From assembly GCA_035517195.1 (NCBI GenBank), contig DATIZH010000003.1, positions 1,262 to 65,261 on the forward strand: a stretch of 64,000 nucleotides of DNA, given 5' to 3'. The stretch comes from Nitrospiria bacterium. GTDB taxonomy: Bacteria; Nitrospirota; Nitrospiria; JACQCE01. The translations under genes and the position numbers were made by a program. Shown piece after piece: positions 7,731-18,790 of the stretch (its first letter is position 1; each line of letters opens with the position of its first letter). The notes under the pieces were generated by a model. It was given only the letters and a program-made list of their open reading frames with translations. It ran no database searches and was not told the DNA's origin.

Positions 7731-10115
7731 ATGCTCTTCGAGCGACTGAAACACTGGCTGGACACCGGACGTCTCCCTGGATCATCCAATCCGGCGGCCC
7801 CCGTGTCGCCTTCCCCTGAACGATCCGAGCCGGCGCCGCAGGAACTCCGGGCCCGATATAATCTGACGGACGAGGAATACCGGCTCATCGTGCAGCTGAT
7901 CGGCCGCCGCCCCAATGAGGTCGAGTTGAACGTCTTTTCCGTCATGTGGAGCGAGCATTGCAGTTATAAAAGTTCCAAGGCGCACCTGAAAAAATTTCCG
8001 ACCACAGGCGACCGCGTCTTGCAGGGGCCCGGCGAGAACGCCGGGGTGATCGACCTCGGCGGGGGATGGGCGGTGGCGCTGAAAATCGAAAGCCACAATC
8101 ATCCCTCGTTCATCGAGCCCTATCAGGGGGCGGCCACCGGCGTCGGGGGAATACTCCGCGACATTTTCACCATGGGCGCCCGTCCGGTCGCACTGATGGA
8201 CTCGCTGCGCATGGGGCCGCTGGAGGATCCGGCGAACCGCCGGCTGCTCGACGGCGTCGTACGCGGCATCGCCGGCTACGGCAACTGTGTCGGCGTTCCG
8301 ACGGTCGGGGGCGAACTGGTGGTGCAGGACCTGCACAGTCGGAATCCGCTGGTGAACGTCCTGTGCGCCGGTGTGCTGCGCGCAGACCGGGTGCTTCGCG
8401 CTGTCGCGTCCGGCCCGGGGAACATCGTGCTCTATCTGGGCTCCAAAACCGGACGGGATGGGATCCATGGAGCGACGATGGCATCGGCCCAATTCCAATC
8501 CGGCGATGAGGACAAGAGGCCCAACGTGCAGGTGGGCGATCCGTTCATGGAGAAAAAATTACTCGAGGCCTGCCTGGAGCTGATTGATCAGGGATTGCTC
8601 GTCGGTTTGCAGGATATGGGCGCGGCCGGGTTGACCAGCTCGTCGGTTGAAATGGCCGGCCGGGCCGGCACGGGCCTCCACCTGGACTTGGACCGCGTGC
8701 CGCTGCGCGAAGCGGGGATGACGCCCCATGAGATCTGCCTCTCTGAATCGCAGGAACGCATGCTGGCAGTGGTCGAGCCCGACCGGGTGCCCGAGGTCGA
8801 AGCGGTCTGTCGCAAGTGGGACGTGGAAACGGCGGCCATCGGCGAGGTGACCGCCACGGGGCGCTGGGAGCTGTTCTGGCACCGGACTCCGGTGGCCTCC
8901 CTGCCGGTCAGGGCTCTGACCGAGGACGCGCCCGTCTACGAACGCCCGATGAAAACGCCGGCCTACGTGCAGCTGCTGCAGTCGCTGCCGTTGGAGGTGA
9001 TGCCCGTGCCCGGTGATTTGACGAAGGTGTTGACCACGATGCTGCATAGCCCCGCGCTGGGGAGCAAAGCCTGGATCTACGAGCAATACGACCACATGGT
9101 GGGCACCGCCACGGTGGTCCCCCCAGGCGCCGACGCCGCGGTTGTCCGCATCGGGCATGCCGACAAGGCGATCGCGCTATCCGTGGATGGGAACAGCCGG
9201 TACTGTCTGCTGAACCCCTACTTGGGCGGCGCGATCGCCGTCATGGAAGGGGCGCGAAACGTCACCTGCGCGGGAGCCGTTCCCGTCGCCGTGACCGACT
9301 GCCTGAATTTCGGCAGCCCCGAGCAGCCGGAAACCATGTGGCAGTTCGCGGCCTGTGTGGAAGGCATGGCCGACGCCTGCCGGCGTCTGGGCCTTCCGGT
9401 TGTCAGCGGCAATGTCAGCCTCTATAATGAGACCAACGGCCAGCCGATCTATCCTTCGCCGGTGGTTGGCACCATTGGCCTGCTGGATCACCTGGAGCGG
9501 GTCGTGACGCCATGGTTCAAGGAAGCCGGCGACTTGGTGCTGTTAGTGGGCCCGGTGGGAGACTCGCTGGGGGGGAGTGAATACCTGCGGCTCATTCATC
9601 ACCAGGAACGGGGATTGCTGCCCGACATCGACATGGATCAGGAACTGGCTGTGCAACAGGCCTGCCGGACCTTGATGGCCGCCGGCGCGGTCCGCTCCGC
9701 TCACGATTGTTCCGAAGGCGGCCTCGCCGTGGCGCTGGCCGAATCGGCGATCGGCACGATCACCCCGGTCCGCACGGGCGGGGTGGGCGCCTCGGTGACC
9801 ATTCCGAATTCCGGCCGCCTCAGGGCCGACGGGGTGCTGTTCGGCGAACTGCAGTCAAGAATAATCCTGACGATTCAAGAAAATATGATGGAAACTGCAC
9901 GTAATATTTTGGATTCTTATTCCGCCCCCTGGACCGTCATTGGCCGCGTCGGCGGCACGCGCCTGACGATTGCCCTGTCGTCCGGCCCTGCGCCGTCCTC
10001 ATCCATCACCCCTCCGGCGGGACCGGACGGCCGTCCCGTCATCGATGTTGAATTGACAGCCCTGCATCAGGCGTGGCGCGCCGGTTTGCCCCGGCAGATG
10101 GGGGAGACGGAATGA
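7731..10115 (+). CDS. purL: phosphoribosylformylglycinamidine synthase subunit PurL
   Basis: [43 protein letters not shown]. The ORF-track start at 7119 overlaps purQ, so the ATG at 7731 just after the purQ stop is chosen. Confidence 0.92.
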   Translation: MLFERLKHWLDTGRLPGSSNPAAPVSPSPERSEPAPQELRARYNLTDEEYRLIVQLIGRRPNEVELNVFSVMWSEHCSYKSSKAHLKKFPTTGDRVLQGPGENAGVIDLGGGWAVALKIESHNHPSFIEPYQGAATGVGGILRDIFTMGARPVALMDSLRMGPLEDPANRRLLDGVVRGIAGYGNCVGVPTVGGELVVQDLHSRNPLVNVLCAGVLRADRVLRAVASGPGNIVLYLGSKTGRDGIHGATMASAQFQSGDEDKRPNVQVGDPFMEKKLLEACLELIDQGLLVGLQDMGAAGLTSSSVEMAGRAGTGLHLDLDRVPLREAGMTPHEICLSESQERMLAVVEPDRVPEVEAVCRKWDVETAAIGEVTATGRWELFWHRTPVASLPVRALTEDAPVYERPMKTPAYVQLLQSLPLEVMPVPGDLTKVLTTMLHSPALGSKAWIYEQYDHMVGTATVVPPGADAAVVRIGHADKAIALSVDGNSRYCLLNPYLGGAIAVMEGARNVTCAGAVPVAVTDCLNFGSPEQPETMWQFAACVEGMADACRRLGLPVVSGNVSLYNETNGQPIYPSPVVGTIGLLDHLERVVTPWFKEAGDLVLLVGPVGDSLGGSEYLRLIHHQERGLLPDIDMDQELAVQQACRTLMAAGAVRSAHDCSEGGLAVALAESAIGTITPVRTGGVGASVTIPNSGRLRADGVLFGELQSRIILTIQENMMETARNILDSYSAPWTVIGRVGGTRLTIALSSGPAPSSSITPPAGPDGRPVIDVELTALHQAWRAGLPRQMGETE

Positions 10116-11539
10116 CGTTGATCGATCCGGACAAACTCCGCGAGGAGTGCGGGGTCTTCGGCGTCTACGGCCACCCGGAGGCGGCCAACCTGACCTACCT
10201 GGGTCTCTATGCGCTCCAGCATCGCGGCCAGGAGGGGAGCGGCATCGTCTCGTACGATGGCAGCCAATTCCATGTCGAAAAGGGCATCGGTCTCGTCAAC
10301 GAGCTGTTCACGGAGGATCGGCTGCGCAGGCTGATCGGCCAGGCGGCGATCGGCCACAACCGATACTCGACGGCCGGCGGCAGCGGCCTGAAAAACGTTC
10401 AGCCGCTGGTCGCCGATTACGCGCTCGGGACGCTGGTGCTGGCCCATAACGGCAACCTGATCAACGCCGGCCTCCTTCGGGCCGAACTGGAGGCGTACGG
10501 CGCCATCTTCCAGTCGACCACGGACACCGAAGTGATCGTCCATTTGATCGCCCATTCGAACGCCAGGACGTTCCTGGAGCGGGTGATCGACGGCCTGCAG
10601 CGGCTCAGGGGCGCCTATTCGCTGCTGATGCTGACCGAGGAGTGCTTGCTGGCCGTGAGGGATCCCTACGGGCTCCGGCCGTTGTCGCTGGGGCGATTGA
10701 AATCGAGCCGGCCGGACGGCGTCGCCTGGGTGGTGGCCTCGGAGAGCTGCGCCTTCGATCTGATCGAAGCTGAGTTCGTCCGGGACGTCAAACCCGGCGA
10801 GGTAGTCGTGATCAACGACAAGGGCCTCTTCTCCTACACCCCGTTTCCCCAGGTGGCGCACGCGCCCTGCATCTTTGAGCATGTCTATTTTGCGAGACCG
10901 GACAGTCAGATCTTCGGCCGTGAGGTGTACGGCATCCGGGTACAACTGGGCCGGGAACTGGCGAAAGAGGCGCCGATCGACGCCGACGTCGTCATCGCCG
11001 TGCCCGATTCCGGCGTGCCGGCCGCCCTCGGCTACGCCGCAGAAGCGAAGATCCCGTATGAAACGGGCCTGGTGCGCAACCACTACGTGGGCCGCACCTT
11101 CATCCAGCCCCAGCAGACGATCCGTCACTTCGGGGTCAAGGTTAAGCTGAATGTGGTGAGGGAAGTCCTCGGCGGCCGGCGCGTCATTGTGATCGACGAT
11201 TCGATCGTGCGGGGCACCACGAGCAGGAAAATCATCAAAATGATCCGCCAGGCCGGCGCGACGGAAGTGCACATGCGGATCAGTTCCCCACCGATCATTG
11301 CGCCATGTTATTACGGCATCGATACCCCCACGAGGGAGGAGTTGATCGGCTCGGCCAGACCCATTCAGGAGATCTGCGACTATATCACCGCCGACAGCCT
11401 GCACTACCTCAGCCTGGAAGGCATGCTGCGGGCCGTCGTCGATGTGAATAATCCCTCCTTCTGCACGGCGTGTTTCAGCGACCGGTATCCGATCCCGCTG
11501 TTGCCTGAAGAGAGTCCCCAGTTGGGGTTGTTCGAATAG
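10112..11539 (+). CDS. purF: amidophosphoribosyltransferase
   Basis: [10 protein letters not shown]-terminal nucleophile, [31 protein letters not shown] motif, C-terminal Cys ligands. ATGA overlap with the purL stop. Confidence 0.95.
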   Translation: MTLIDPDKLREECGVFGVYGHPEAANLTYLGLYALQHRGQEGSGIVSYDGSQFHVEKGIGLVNELFTEDRLRRLIGQAAIGHNRYSTAGGSGLKNVQPLVADYALGTLVLAHNGNLINAGLLRAELEAYGAIFQSTTDTEVIVHLIAHSNARTFLERVIDGLQRLRGAYSLLMLTEECLLAVRDPYGLRPLSLGRLKSSRPDGVAWVVASESCAFDLIEAEFVRDVKPGEVVVINDKGLFSYTPFPQVAHAPCIFEHVYFARPDSQIFGREVYGIRVQLGRELAKEAPIDADVVIAVPDSGVPAALGYAAEAKIPYETGLVRNHYVGRTFIQPQQTIRHFGVKVKLNVVREVLGGRRVIVIDDSIVRGTTSRKIIKMIRQAGATEVHMRISSPPIIAPCYYGIDTPTREELIGSARPIQEICDYITADSLHYLSLEGMLRAVVDVNNPSFCTACFSDRYPIPLLPEESPQLGLFE

Positions 11540-11606
11540 CCCGAGGGTGATCGATCGCCGGCCGGGGCGTCTCCATCTGATCCGCCCGCATCATCCAATA
11601 CCATCC

Positions 11607-11643
11607 GATGGCAACACCATGCGATGGCAACACCATGCGATGG
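11607..11643. repeat. 16-nt tandem repeat, about 2.3 copies
   Basis: gatggcaacaccatgc at 11607-11622 and 11623-11638, followed by gatgg. Confidence 0.9.
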
Positions 11644-11704
11644 GATGGATCGCCGCATCGACCGTCGGACCACCCAGGCCGGCCGTTGACTTGGGGGAGG
11701 GACT

Positions 11705-12103
11705 TTGTTAACGTCGACGATCATGGCCTTGCACGGGCCGGATCAGCCCCTCCACAGCCCGAAGAATCAGAACCGCACGGAGACGGCACTACCGGTCAGA
11801 TTCCTCACGACCAGGGTGGCCGTGGTGCCGTGGCGGGGGTACGTCTTTATCGTCTCCCAGGTTCGCTGGGGGCGGTTCAGGCGCTGGTTGTACACCAGGT
11901 GGTATCGTCACGCCTGTCCGCCGCCGGACATCCGGTATGAGACGGCGATCTTTCTCTCAAGCGTCGACGGGCGGTTCAATCCACAGAAACCACTGCACGC
12001 CACCTTCCAAAAAACCGGGGAGGAGGCGCGGGCGGTGATCAGGGAGTTGACCGCACAGCTGACGGACGGCCGACTGGCGTTTCAAACGATGTTCCGGAAG
12101 TAA
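11705..12103 (+). CDS. hypothetical protein
   Basis: Open frame with strong third-position GC bias (18/20 in the sampled stretch 11821-11880). No recognisable motif. Confidence 0.4.
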   Translation: MLTSTIMALHGPDQPLHSPKNQNRTETALPVRFLTTRVAVVPWRGYVFIVSQVRWGRFRRWLYTRWYRHACPPPDIRYETAIFLSSVDGRFNPQKPLHATFQKTGEEARAVIRELTAQLTDGRLAFQTMFRK

Positions 12104-12146
12104 TGGTCGGGATCGGATCATCATCGGTCCGGTCGGAGGGGGCCCC

Positions 12147-12497
12147 GTGGAACAACGGCGTTACCATCGGGTGACGATCAAATCTGTGGCGAAAATCTCC
12201 CTGCCGTCGGCAGAGAGATCCGATCTGTTCGCCTTTGTCGGCACCGTCGGCCGGGGCGGACTGGAACTGTACTGTCAGGAGCCGCTGATGATTGGCCAGG
12301 ATGCGACCATTCAATTGACATTTCTTGACCGGCAGGGGCGGCCGCTGCATGAGACACTCCGCGGCACGATTCGCTGGCGCGCCACGCTCGGAGACGCCAC
12401 GATAGCCGGCGTGGAGTTCCCGGCGCCGATCGATCAGAAGGATCATCCCGCGCTCTGGGCCTACCTCGCCCCCCACGAATCCTCCCACGCCCCCTGA
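12147..12497 (+). CDS. PilZ-domain protein (putative c-di-GMP binding)
   Basis: N-terminal RRYHR (RxxxR) followed by a beta-barrel-like GTVGRGGLEL segment. GTG start preceded by GGAGGGGG. Confidence 0.55.
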   Translation: MEQRRYHRVTIKSVAKISLPSAERSDLFAFVGTVGRGGLELYCQEPLMIGQDATIQLTFLDRQGRPLHETLRGTIRWRATLGDATIAGVEFPAPIDQKDHPALWAYLAPHESSHAP

Positions 12498-12505
12498 CCG
12501 GCCCG

Positions 12506-13087
12506 TCAATCGCGTTGCCGCCCGGGCGGGGCGGGGGCGGGCCCCTTGGGCTCCGCGCCGACCGCTGCTTTCAGCTCCCCAAGGAAGTGCCGCTCGATGA
12601 CGCCGTTGGATGGTTGGGGCACCCCGATAACGTAGCCCCGTCCGGCCGACGCATCGAGGGAGAATGAGGGCTCAACCTGCGGGGTGCCCGGCCGTTTCTC
12701 CAGCCGCTGCAGCTCCGTCGAGACTCGAACGGACGTGCCCGAGCCGGCCTCCGAGAGTTGAACGATCAGCCGGTACCGTCCGCCGACCACATCGACATAG
12801 TCGCCCATGACCTTCTTGCCAGCCAGCACCGGCTCGCCAAACTCCATGGGTCGGAAATAGATGAAATCGGTGCGCAGCCACCACCGGTCGCGATCGACTT
12901 CCAACAACTGGACATTGCGCGCGTCGAGCTGCTGCACCAGCGACGCCCAGACCGTTGCGCGGTCGGCGTTCATCACCTCGACGCGGCCGGACCTTGAATC
13001 GCCGTCGATCCCCGCCGTGGTCAGACAGCCGGGCAACGACAACAGCGCGCCGGCACAGATCGCACCGGTTACCACCAGACGATGCAT
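12506..13087 (-). CDS. lipoprotein, unknown function
   Basis: Signal peptide with lipobox MHRLVVTGAICAGALLSLPGC. Confidence 0.6.
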   Translation of the reverse strand: MHRLVVTGAICAGALLSLPGCLTTAGIDGDSRSGRVEVMNADRATVWASLVQQLDARNVQLLEVDRDRWWLRTDFIYFRPMEFGEPVLAGKKVMGDYVDVVGGRYRLIVQLSEAGSGTSVRVSTELQRLEKRPGTPQVEPSFSLDASAGRGYVIGVPQPSNGVIERHFLGELKAAVGAEPKGPAPAPPGRQRD

Positions 13088-13120
13088 GTTGGAACACTCC
13101 TTTCTGGCCCGGGGGCACGC

Positions 13121-13684
13121 CTATGGTAAGGGCGACTTGTCCGCGGAGTCAAGAGACCGCAGATGCCAGAGCACGGCAATGATCGTTTTGCTGTCGACGA
13201 TCTCCCCGGCCTCGACCATCCCCTGAAGCGTCTCAAAGGGCAGCACCACCCGTTCGATCACTTCGCCGGCCTCGGCATGCCGGTTGTCCGAAGGCGACAA
13301 GTCAGTGGCACGGTACAGTTCGATATGGCCAGTAGAGAATCCGACGGAATGGTAAAAGCGGCACAGCCGCGTCAGCCGGCCGGGAATCATGCCGGTTTCC
13401 TCTTCGCACTCGCGCCGGCCGGTCTGTTCGGCCGATTCACCACGGTCGATGATGCCGGCAGGAATCTCCAGGATCGCCCGCCCCAGCGCCGAGCGGAACT
13501 GGCGGACCAAATGCACCCCGCCGTCCCGATCAAGAGCCAGCACTCCCACCGCATTGGGTGGTGAGACAATCTCCCTCGTGGCTCGATGGCCGTCCGGCAG
13601 CCGCACGGTCCGGACTTCAACCGTCACGTACCTGCCGGCGAACACCGTTTCTGCGTTGAGAATGTCTTCGCGCAACTGATCCAT
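13121..13684 (-). CDS. NUDIX hydrolase (ADP-ribose pyrophosphatase-like)
   Basis: Nudix box GIIDRGESAEQTGRRECEEETG. Confidence 0.85.
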   Translation of the reverse strand: MDQLREDILNAETVFAGRYVTVEVRTVRLPDGHRATREIVSPPNAVGVLALDRDGGVHLVRQFRSALGRAILEIPAGIIDRGESAEQTGRRECEEETGMIPGRLTRLCRFYHSVGFSTGHIELYRATDLSPSDNRHAEAGEVIERVVLPFETLQGMVEAGEIVDSKTIIAVLWHLRSLDSADKSPLP

Positions 13685-13694
13685 CGTCTCCCCC

Positions 13695-14633
13695 TCACGC
13701 TCCCGGCGTCAGGGGCACGGCCACCGTGCCCGATCGTCCATCGATCCGTCCCATCCCCAGTTCGAGCACGGGAAGCGCCTCGGTCTTGCGAAGCAGCCGT
13801 TCAGCCAATTGCCCCAGGGTGACGCACGTCACCGGCACGGCCAGCAGCCGTCTCAGCAAGGCGCGGAACAACGGCGCATGCCTCATGCCCTCCAGCTCCG
13901 CATGGATCGTCAGGACATTGGGGCGGACCGGATCGAGCCGGCCGCAATACCAATCGATCAAACGGCCATCGGCATAGTCGGGAGGGGAGCCGGGAGGATA
14001 GTCCGGCCGCCCCAACACCTCATCGAGCGTCGGCAGCGTGGTCGGAATCTGCAGCGTCTTGAAGACACGCCCGTCGGATCGGGGGAAGAAGGGACGGTCG
14101 CCCCTGGCGTCGCTGGCGTAGCTCAATCCCGCGTCGTCGTAGGCGGCCAGACTGTGGCGGTTGGCCTGCCAGCCGGCGGCGCCGGCCGTAATGGCCGGCT
14201 TGTCGAAGATGCGTTCGAACTCCTTCCGGGCACGATTGAACTCGGCATAGACCTCCTCCCTGGACATCGCGGCCAGACCGTCCTGCCAGCGGATATGGTC
14301 GTAGCAGTGGATGCCGACCTCATGGCCGGCGTCGCGCGCGGCCCGCATGACGGCCTCGTTCCGGTGCCCGATGTGCGGTCCAGGCCAGAGCACACCGTTG
14401 AGCAGGGTGCGGACGCCGTAGACGCCGACGACATTTGTCCTGACCACCTTGCCAAAGAAACCCAGCCTGAAGAGGCGCCTGACGGCACGACCGGTGTTGT
14501 CGGGCCCCAGCGAAAAGTAAAACGTGGTGTGGATGGCAAATTCCTTGAAGAGATTGAGGAGAGCGGGCACACCGAGCCGCGTCCCGCGATCGGTGTCAAC
14601 GTCGACCTTGATCACAAGCAGTGGTCCAGCCAT
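13695..14633 (-). CDS. arnD: polysaccharide deacetylase family, 4-deoxy-4-formamido-L-arabinose-phosphoundecaprenol deformylase-like
   Basis: LLVIKVDVDTDRGT start region as in ArnD, HCYDHIRW. Sits in the arn cluster. Start taken at the second Met (14633). Confidence 0.78.
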   Translation of the reverse strand: MAGPLLVIKVDVDTDRGTRLGVPALLNLFKEFAIHTTFYFSLGPDNTGRAVRRLFRLGFFGKVVRTNVVGVYGVRTLLNGVLWPGPHIGHRNEAVMRAARDAGHEVGIHCYDHIRWQDGLAAMSREEVYAEFNRARKEFERIFDKPAITAGAAGWQANRHSLAAYDDAGLSYASDARGDRPFFPRSDGRVFKTLQIPTTLPTLDEVLGRPDYPPGSPPDYADGRLIDWYCGRLDPVRPNVLTIHAELEGMRHAPLFRALLRRLLAVPVTCVTLGQLAERLLRKTEALPVLELGMGRIDGRSGTVAVPLTPGA

Positions 14634-14655
14634 CCGGTCCGCCGGCGCGGCGTGC

Positions 14656-15696
14656 TTAACTGACCAGCTCCTGCGACGGCCGGCCAAGGTGATAATCGAG
14701 CGTTTTGCGCAGCGCCGTCTTGAGATCAGTGGTCGGTTTCCAGCCGAGATACTGCTCAGCGTTCTTGATCGATGGAACGCGCGTCAGCACATCCTGATAG
14801 CCCCTGCCGTAGTAGTCGTTCGCGCTGACCGTCACCAGCTTGGTCTGGTCCGCGAGCGGGGCGTATTTCGGATAACTCTTGACCAGCGCCATCAGCGTCT
14901 CGGCCAGCTCCTTGACCGACACGTCGTTGGCCGGGTTCCCGAGGTTGAAGATCCGTCCGTCGGCGCAGCCGTCTCGGTTCTCGATGATGCGCAACAGGGC
15001 GTCGATGCCGTCGTCAATATAGGTGAAGCTGCGCCGTTGGGCGCCGCCGTCGACCAGACGGATCTCCTGGCCGCGCAGGATGTTGCCGATGAACTGGGTC
15101 AGCACGCGGGAGCTGCCCTCCTTCGGTTCGAGGATGTTGTCGAGCTTGGGGCCGATCCAGTTGAATGGCCTGAAGAGGGTGTGGCGAAGCCCCTGCTGCT
15201 GGCCGTAGGCGGAGATCACCCGGTCGAGGAGTTGCTTGCTGCAAGAATAGATCCACCGCATCTTGTTGATCGGGCCGAGCACCAGGTTGCTGGTCTCCTC
15301 GCTGAACTCCTTGTCGGCGCACATGCCGTAGACTTCAGACGTCGAGGGAAAGATCACGCGTTTTTTGTACCGCACGCACTTTCTGACGATGTCAAGGTTG
15401 GCTTCGAAATCGAGCTCGAACACGCGCAACGGGTCCTGCACGTAGGTGGCGGGCGTCGCGATCGCCACCAGCGGGAGCACCACGTCGCATTTGCGGACGT
15501 GATATTCGATCCATTCCCGGTTGATTGTGATGTCACCCTCGACGAAATGGAACCGCGGCCGTCCCAGGCAGGGCTCCAGCTTGTCGCACGCCATGTCCAT
15601 GCCGAAGACCTCCCAATCCTTCTGCTTTAAAATCTGCTCGGTCAGACTGCTGCCGATGAAGCCGTTGACGCCGAGGATCAGGACACGAAGAGCCAT
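14656..15696 (-). CDS. arnA: UDP-glucuronate decarboxylase/dehydrogenase (ArnA C-terminal domain homolog, stand-alone)
   Basis: RVLILGVNGFIGSSLTEQIL Rossmann motif, YSCSK catalytic motif. Length and order match the ArnA decarboxylase half. Confidence 0.85.
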   Translation of the reverse strand: MALRVLILGVNGFIGSSLTEQILKQKDWEVFGMDMACDKLEPCLGRPRFHFVEGDITINREWIEYHVRKCDVVLPLVAIATPATYVQDPLRVFELDFEANLDIVRKCVRYKKRVIFPSTSEVYGMCADKEFSEETSNLVLGPINKMRWIYSCSKQLLDRVISAYGQQQGLRHTLFRPFNWIGPKLDNILEPKEGSSRVLTQFIGNILRGQEIRLVDGGAQRRSFTYIDDGIDALLRIIENRDGCADGRIFNLGNPANDVSVKELAETLMALVKSYPKYAPLADQTKLVTVSANDYYGRGYQDVLTRVPSIKNAEQYLGWKPTTDLKTALRKTLDYHLGRPSQELVS

Positions 15697-15709
15697 GCGG
15701 ACACTCCTT

Positions 15710-16696
15710 TCATGAAGAGGCCGGTGATGAACGATGCGCGGCGGTCTCGCCGAGCCGCTGGCCGAGTCTCAGGCCGTGAGGAGGGGGCGCGGCCGCCGCG
15801 TCAGTGTGCTCGGCCTCGCCTTCCCACTGCCATGCCGTGATCTCCAGACACCCGTCGCCCGTCGTGATGCGTAGGGGCGCCGTCGAGCAGACCGCACCCG
15901 CTTCCCCACGGCAGGAGGCGACCGGTCTGGCCTTCCAGATAAACAGGCGCCGCCCGGATGAGATCGTGAAGGCGCCGGGGTAGGGGTGGGTGACGGCGCG
16001 GATGAGGTTGAAGAGGGCCGCCGCGCTCTGCGTCCAGTCGATCAGGCCGTCTTCGGGTTTCCGTCCGCCGAAGTAGGTCGCCTCCGTCTCGACTTGCCGG
16101 CGGCGCGGCGCCCGACCCTGTTTGAGGGCATCGATCTGCCGTTCAAGGACAACCCTGGCCGCCGCGGTCACCTTGCGGAACACATCCAGCGCCGTCTCCG
16201 TCGGGCCGATGGAGACGGCCTGTTGGTCGACGATATCGCCAGCGTCGGCCCGCTTGACCATGTAATGAAGCGTCACCCCCGTTTCCTTTTCACCATGCAG
16301 GACGGCCCAATTGACCGGCACGCGTCCGCGGTATTTGGGCAGGAGCGAGCCGTGGATGTTGAAGGCGCCGAGCGGGGGCAGATCCAGGATCTCCTGACAG
16401 ATCAGATTCCGATAATAAAAGGAAAAGATCAATGCCGGTTGAAGCGAATCGATGTGTGCGATCCATTCCGGCGTATTGACCGAGGCCGGCGTGTGGACGG
16501 GGATTCCGTGTCGGCGCGCCAGGTCGGCCACCGACCGGAACCAGATCTGTTCGTTCGGATTGTCCTCGTGGGTGAAGACGGCCGCAATCGGCTCCCGCCG
16601 TCCGATCAACAGGTCGAGACACTCATAGCCGACCTCGTGATACGCAAAGATCACGAGCGTGGCGGAAAGCGGGCTATGGGGCTTCCGGCTGCTCAT
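15710..16696 (-). CDS. arnA: UDP-4-amino-4-deoxy-L-arabinose formyltransferase (ArnA N-terminal domain homolog, stand-alone)
   Basis: FNIHGSLLPKYRGRVPVNWAVLHGEKETGVTLHYM formyltransferase core. Start taken at MSSRKP (16696). Confidence 0.83.
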   Translation of the reverse strand: MSSRKPHSPLSATLVIFAYHEVGYECLDLLIGRREPIAAVFTHEDNPNEQIWFRSVADLARRHGIPVHTPASVNTPEWIAHIDSLQPALIFSFYYRNLICQEILDLPPLGAFNIHGSLLPKYRGRVPVNWAVLHGEKETGVTLHYMVKRADAGDIVDQQAVSIGPTETALDVFRKVTAAARVVLERQIDALKQGRAPRRRQVETEATYFGGRKPEDGLIDWTQSAAALFNLIRAVTHPYPGAFTISSGRRLFIWKARPVASCRGEAGAVCSTAPLRITTGDGCLEITAWQWEGEAEHTDAAAAPPPHGLRLGQRLGETAAHRSSPASS

Positions 16697-17618
16697 ACAC
16701 GTGACGGATGACGAAGCGGGGGCGGCGCCGGACCTCCTGGTAGATCCGGCCAACGTACTCCCCGATGAGCCCCAGGCCCAGAATGGCCAGTCCGACAAAG
16801 AAATAGAGAATGGCAAACAGCGTGAAGAGCCCTTCCGCCTCGGGACCGATCACCAGCCGCCGGATGAAGAGAAAGACGACGAACAGCGCGCTGAACACCG
16901 AGACCGCCATGCCGAACATCGTGAACAACTGCAGCGGCACAACGGAAAACCCCGTCATCAAATCGAAGTTCAGCCGGATCAGGTCATAGAGCCGGTATTT
17001 GGAAACGCCGGCCGCCCGGGCCGCGTGTTCGACCTCCACCTCGGCGGGCGAGGCGGCGTAGCTGACGGCCAGGGCCGGAATGAAGGTCGACGTCTCCCCG
17101 CTGGCCGTGATCTGCTCGACGATCTGCCGGCGGTAGGCGCGCAGCATGCACCCTTGATCCCGCATCCGGATGTGGGTGATCCGCTCGCGGATCTCGTTCA
17201 GCACGGCCGACGCGAACCGCCGAAACCAGGTATCCTGCCGCTTCCGACGATAGCCGCCGACGACGTCGTGCCCCTTGTCGATCAGCGCCAGCAGCTTGGG
17301 AATCTCCTCGGGCGGATTCTGCAGATCGGCGTCGAGCGTGACCACGACGTCGCCACGCGACAGTTCGAGTGCCGCCATGACGGCCATGTGCTGGCCGAAA
17401 TTGCCGTTGAAATCGATGACGCGCACATGCGTGGGCCGGCGCTGATAAAACGACTGCAGCAGGAATCCCGAACGATCGCGGCTGCCGTCGTTGGTGAACA
17501 GGATCTCGTACGACTGGCCCGTGCCGTCCATGACGGCTGTCAGCCGGGTGAAGAGCTCCTCCAGCACGGCTTCTTCATTATAGACGGGGATGACGATGCT
17601 GATCTCGGGGGGGGGCAT
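16674..17618 (-). CDS. arnC: undecaprenyl-phosphate 4-deoxy-4-formamido-L-arabinose transferase (GT2)
   Basis: ISIVIPVYNEE, TLDADLQNPPEEI, two C-terminal TM helices. Start ATG at 17618 followed by CCCCCCCCC. Confidence 0.87.
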   Translation of the reverse strand: MPPPEISIVIPVYNEEAVLEELFTRLTAVMDGTGQSYEILFTNDGSRDRSGFLLQSFYQRRPTHVRVIDFNGNFGQHMAVMAALELSRGDVVVTLDADLQNPPEEIPKLLALIDKGHDVVGGYRRKRQDTWFRRFASAVLNEIRERITHIRMRDQGCMLRAYRRQIVEQITASGETSTFIPALAVSYAASPAEVEVEHAARAAGVSKYRLYDLIRLNFDLMTGFSVVPLQLFTMFGMAVSVFSALFVVFLFIRRLVIGPEAEGLFTLFAILYFFVGLAILGLGLIGEYVGRIYQEVRRRPRFVIRHVYEQPEAP

Positions 17619-17620
17619 CG

Positions 17621-18787
17621 TCACGCCCGTGCGAAGAGCGTTGCCATCGTGTCGATGACGCGGTCCTGGTCCTGGTCCGTCATGCCGGGGAACAGGGGGA
17701 GGCTGACGATCCGGTCGGCGACCGATTCGGCGTGCGGGCAATCCCCCGGTTTGAATCCGAACGTCTGCCGGTAATAGGGATACAGGTGGACCGCGCGGTA
17801 ATGCAGGCCGATGCCGATCTGCCGGTCCTGCATGGCCCGGATAAAGGCCGCACGATCCATCCCCGCCGTCTCCGAATTGATCAGGGGCGTATAGAGGTGC
17901 CAGGCGTGGCGATGGGGGAATCCGGGCGCGGAGGGCAGCGTCCACTGCGGCCAGCCGTTCAGGCGCATCTGATAGCGCTGCGCCAACTCTGTCCGACGCG
18001 CGATGAACGCGTCCAGCTCCGCCAGCTGGTGCAGGCCGAGGGCCGCCTGCAGATCCATCATGTTGTATTTGTAGCCGGCGGTCACGATCTCATATTCCTG
18101 CTGGCCCTTGGGACCGAACCGGTTCCACGCCTCCCGGTCGATGCCGTGAAAGCGAAGGAGCGAGACCGCCTTCGCCAGCGCGTCGTCGCGCGTCGCCACC
18201 GCGCCGCCCTCTCCGGTCGTCATGTTTTTATTGGGATGGAAGCTGAAGACTTGCGTGTCGCCAAACGAGCCGATCCGACGGCCGCGGTATTCGGAGCCGA
18301 TCGCATGGGCGGCGTCTTCGATGATCCGGATGTCCTCCTCCGCCGCCAGCGCGTAGAGCGGATCGAGGTCGACCGGCAGACCGGCAAAATGGACGGGGAC
18401 GATGGCGCGGGTTTTCGGCGTAATCGCGTCGGCGATCTTCGAGACGTCCAGATTGTAGGTCGAGGGTTCGATGTCGACCAGCACGGGCCGGCCGCCGGCC
18501 AGCACGATGGTATTGAACGTCGCCGCGAAGGTCAGCGGCGAGGTGATCACCTCGTCCCCCGGCTCCAACTTGAGCGCCAAGAGCGCCAGGTGCAGCCCCG
18601 CGGTGGCCGACGAGAGGGCGAGCACGTGGGGAGCGCCCAGATAGTCCTTCAGGGCCGATTCGAATTTCGCCGCCCGCGGGCCTGTCGTGATCCAGCCCGA
18701 CCGCAGGCAGGCCACCACCTCATCGATCGCCGCCTGACTGATGGACGGCCGGGAAAAGGGAAGAAACTCTTGCTCGGAACCGCTCAC
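17621..18787 (-). CDS. arnB: UDP-4-amino-4-deoxy-L-arabinose--oxoglutarate aminotransferase (DegT/DnrJ/EryC1 family)
   Basis: FLPFSRPSISQAAIDEVVACLRSGWITTGP, SFHPNKNMTTGEGG (PLP lysine). Confidence 0.9.
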   Translation of the reverse strand: MSGSEQEFLPFSRPSISQAAIDEVVACLRSGWITTGPRAAKFESALKDYLGAPHVLALSSATAGLHLALLALKLEPGDEVITSPLTFAATFNTIVLAGGRPVLVDIEPSTYNLDVSKIADAITPKTRAIVPVHFAGLPVDLDPLYALAAEEDIRIIEDAAHAIGSEYRGRRIGSFGDTQVFSFHPNKNMTTGEGGAVATRDDALAKAVSLLRFHGIDREAWNRFGPKGQQEYEIVTAGYKYNMMDLQAALGLHQLAELDAFIARRTELAQRYQMRLNGWPQWTLPSAPGFPHRHAWHLYTPLINSETAGMDRAAFIRAMQDRQIGIGLHYRAVHLYPYYRQTFGFKPGDCPHAESVADRIVSLPLFPGMTDQDQDRVIDTMATLFARA

Positions 18788-18790
18788 GGC

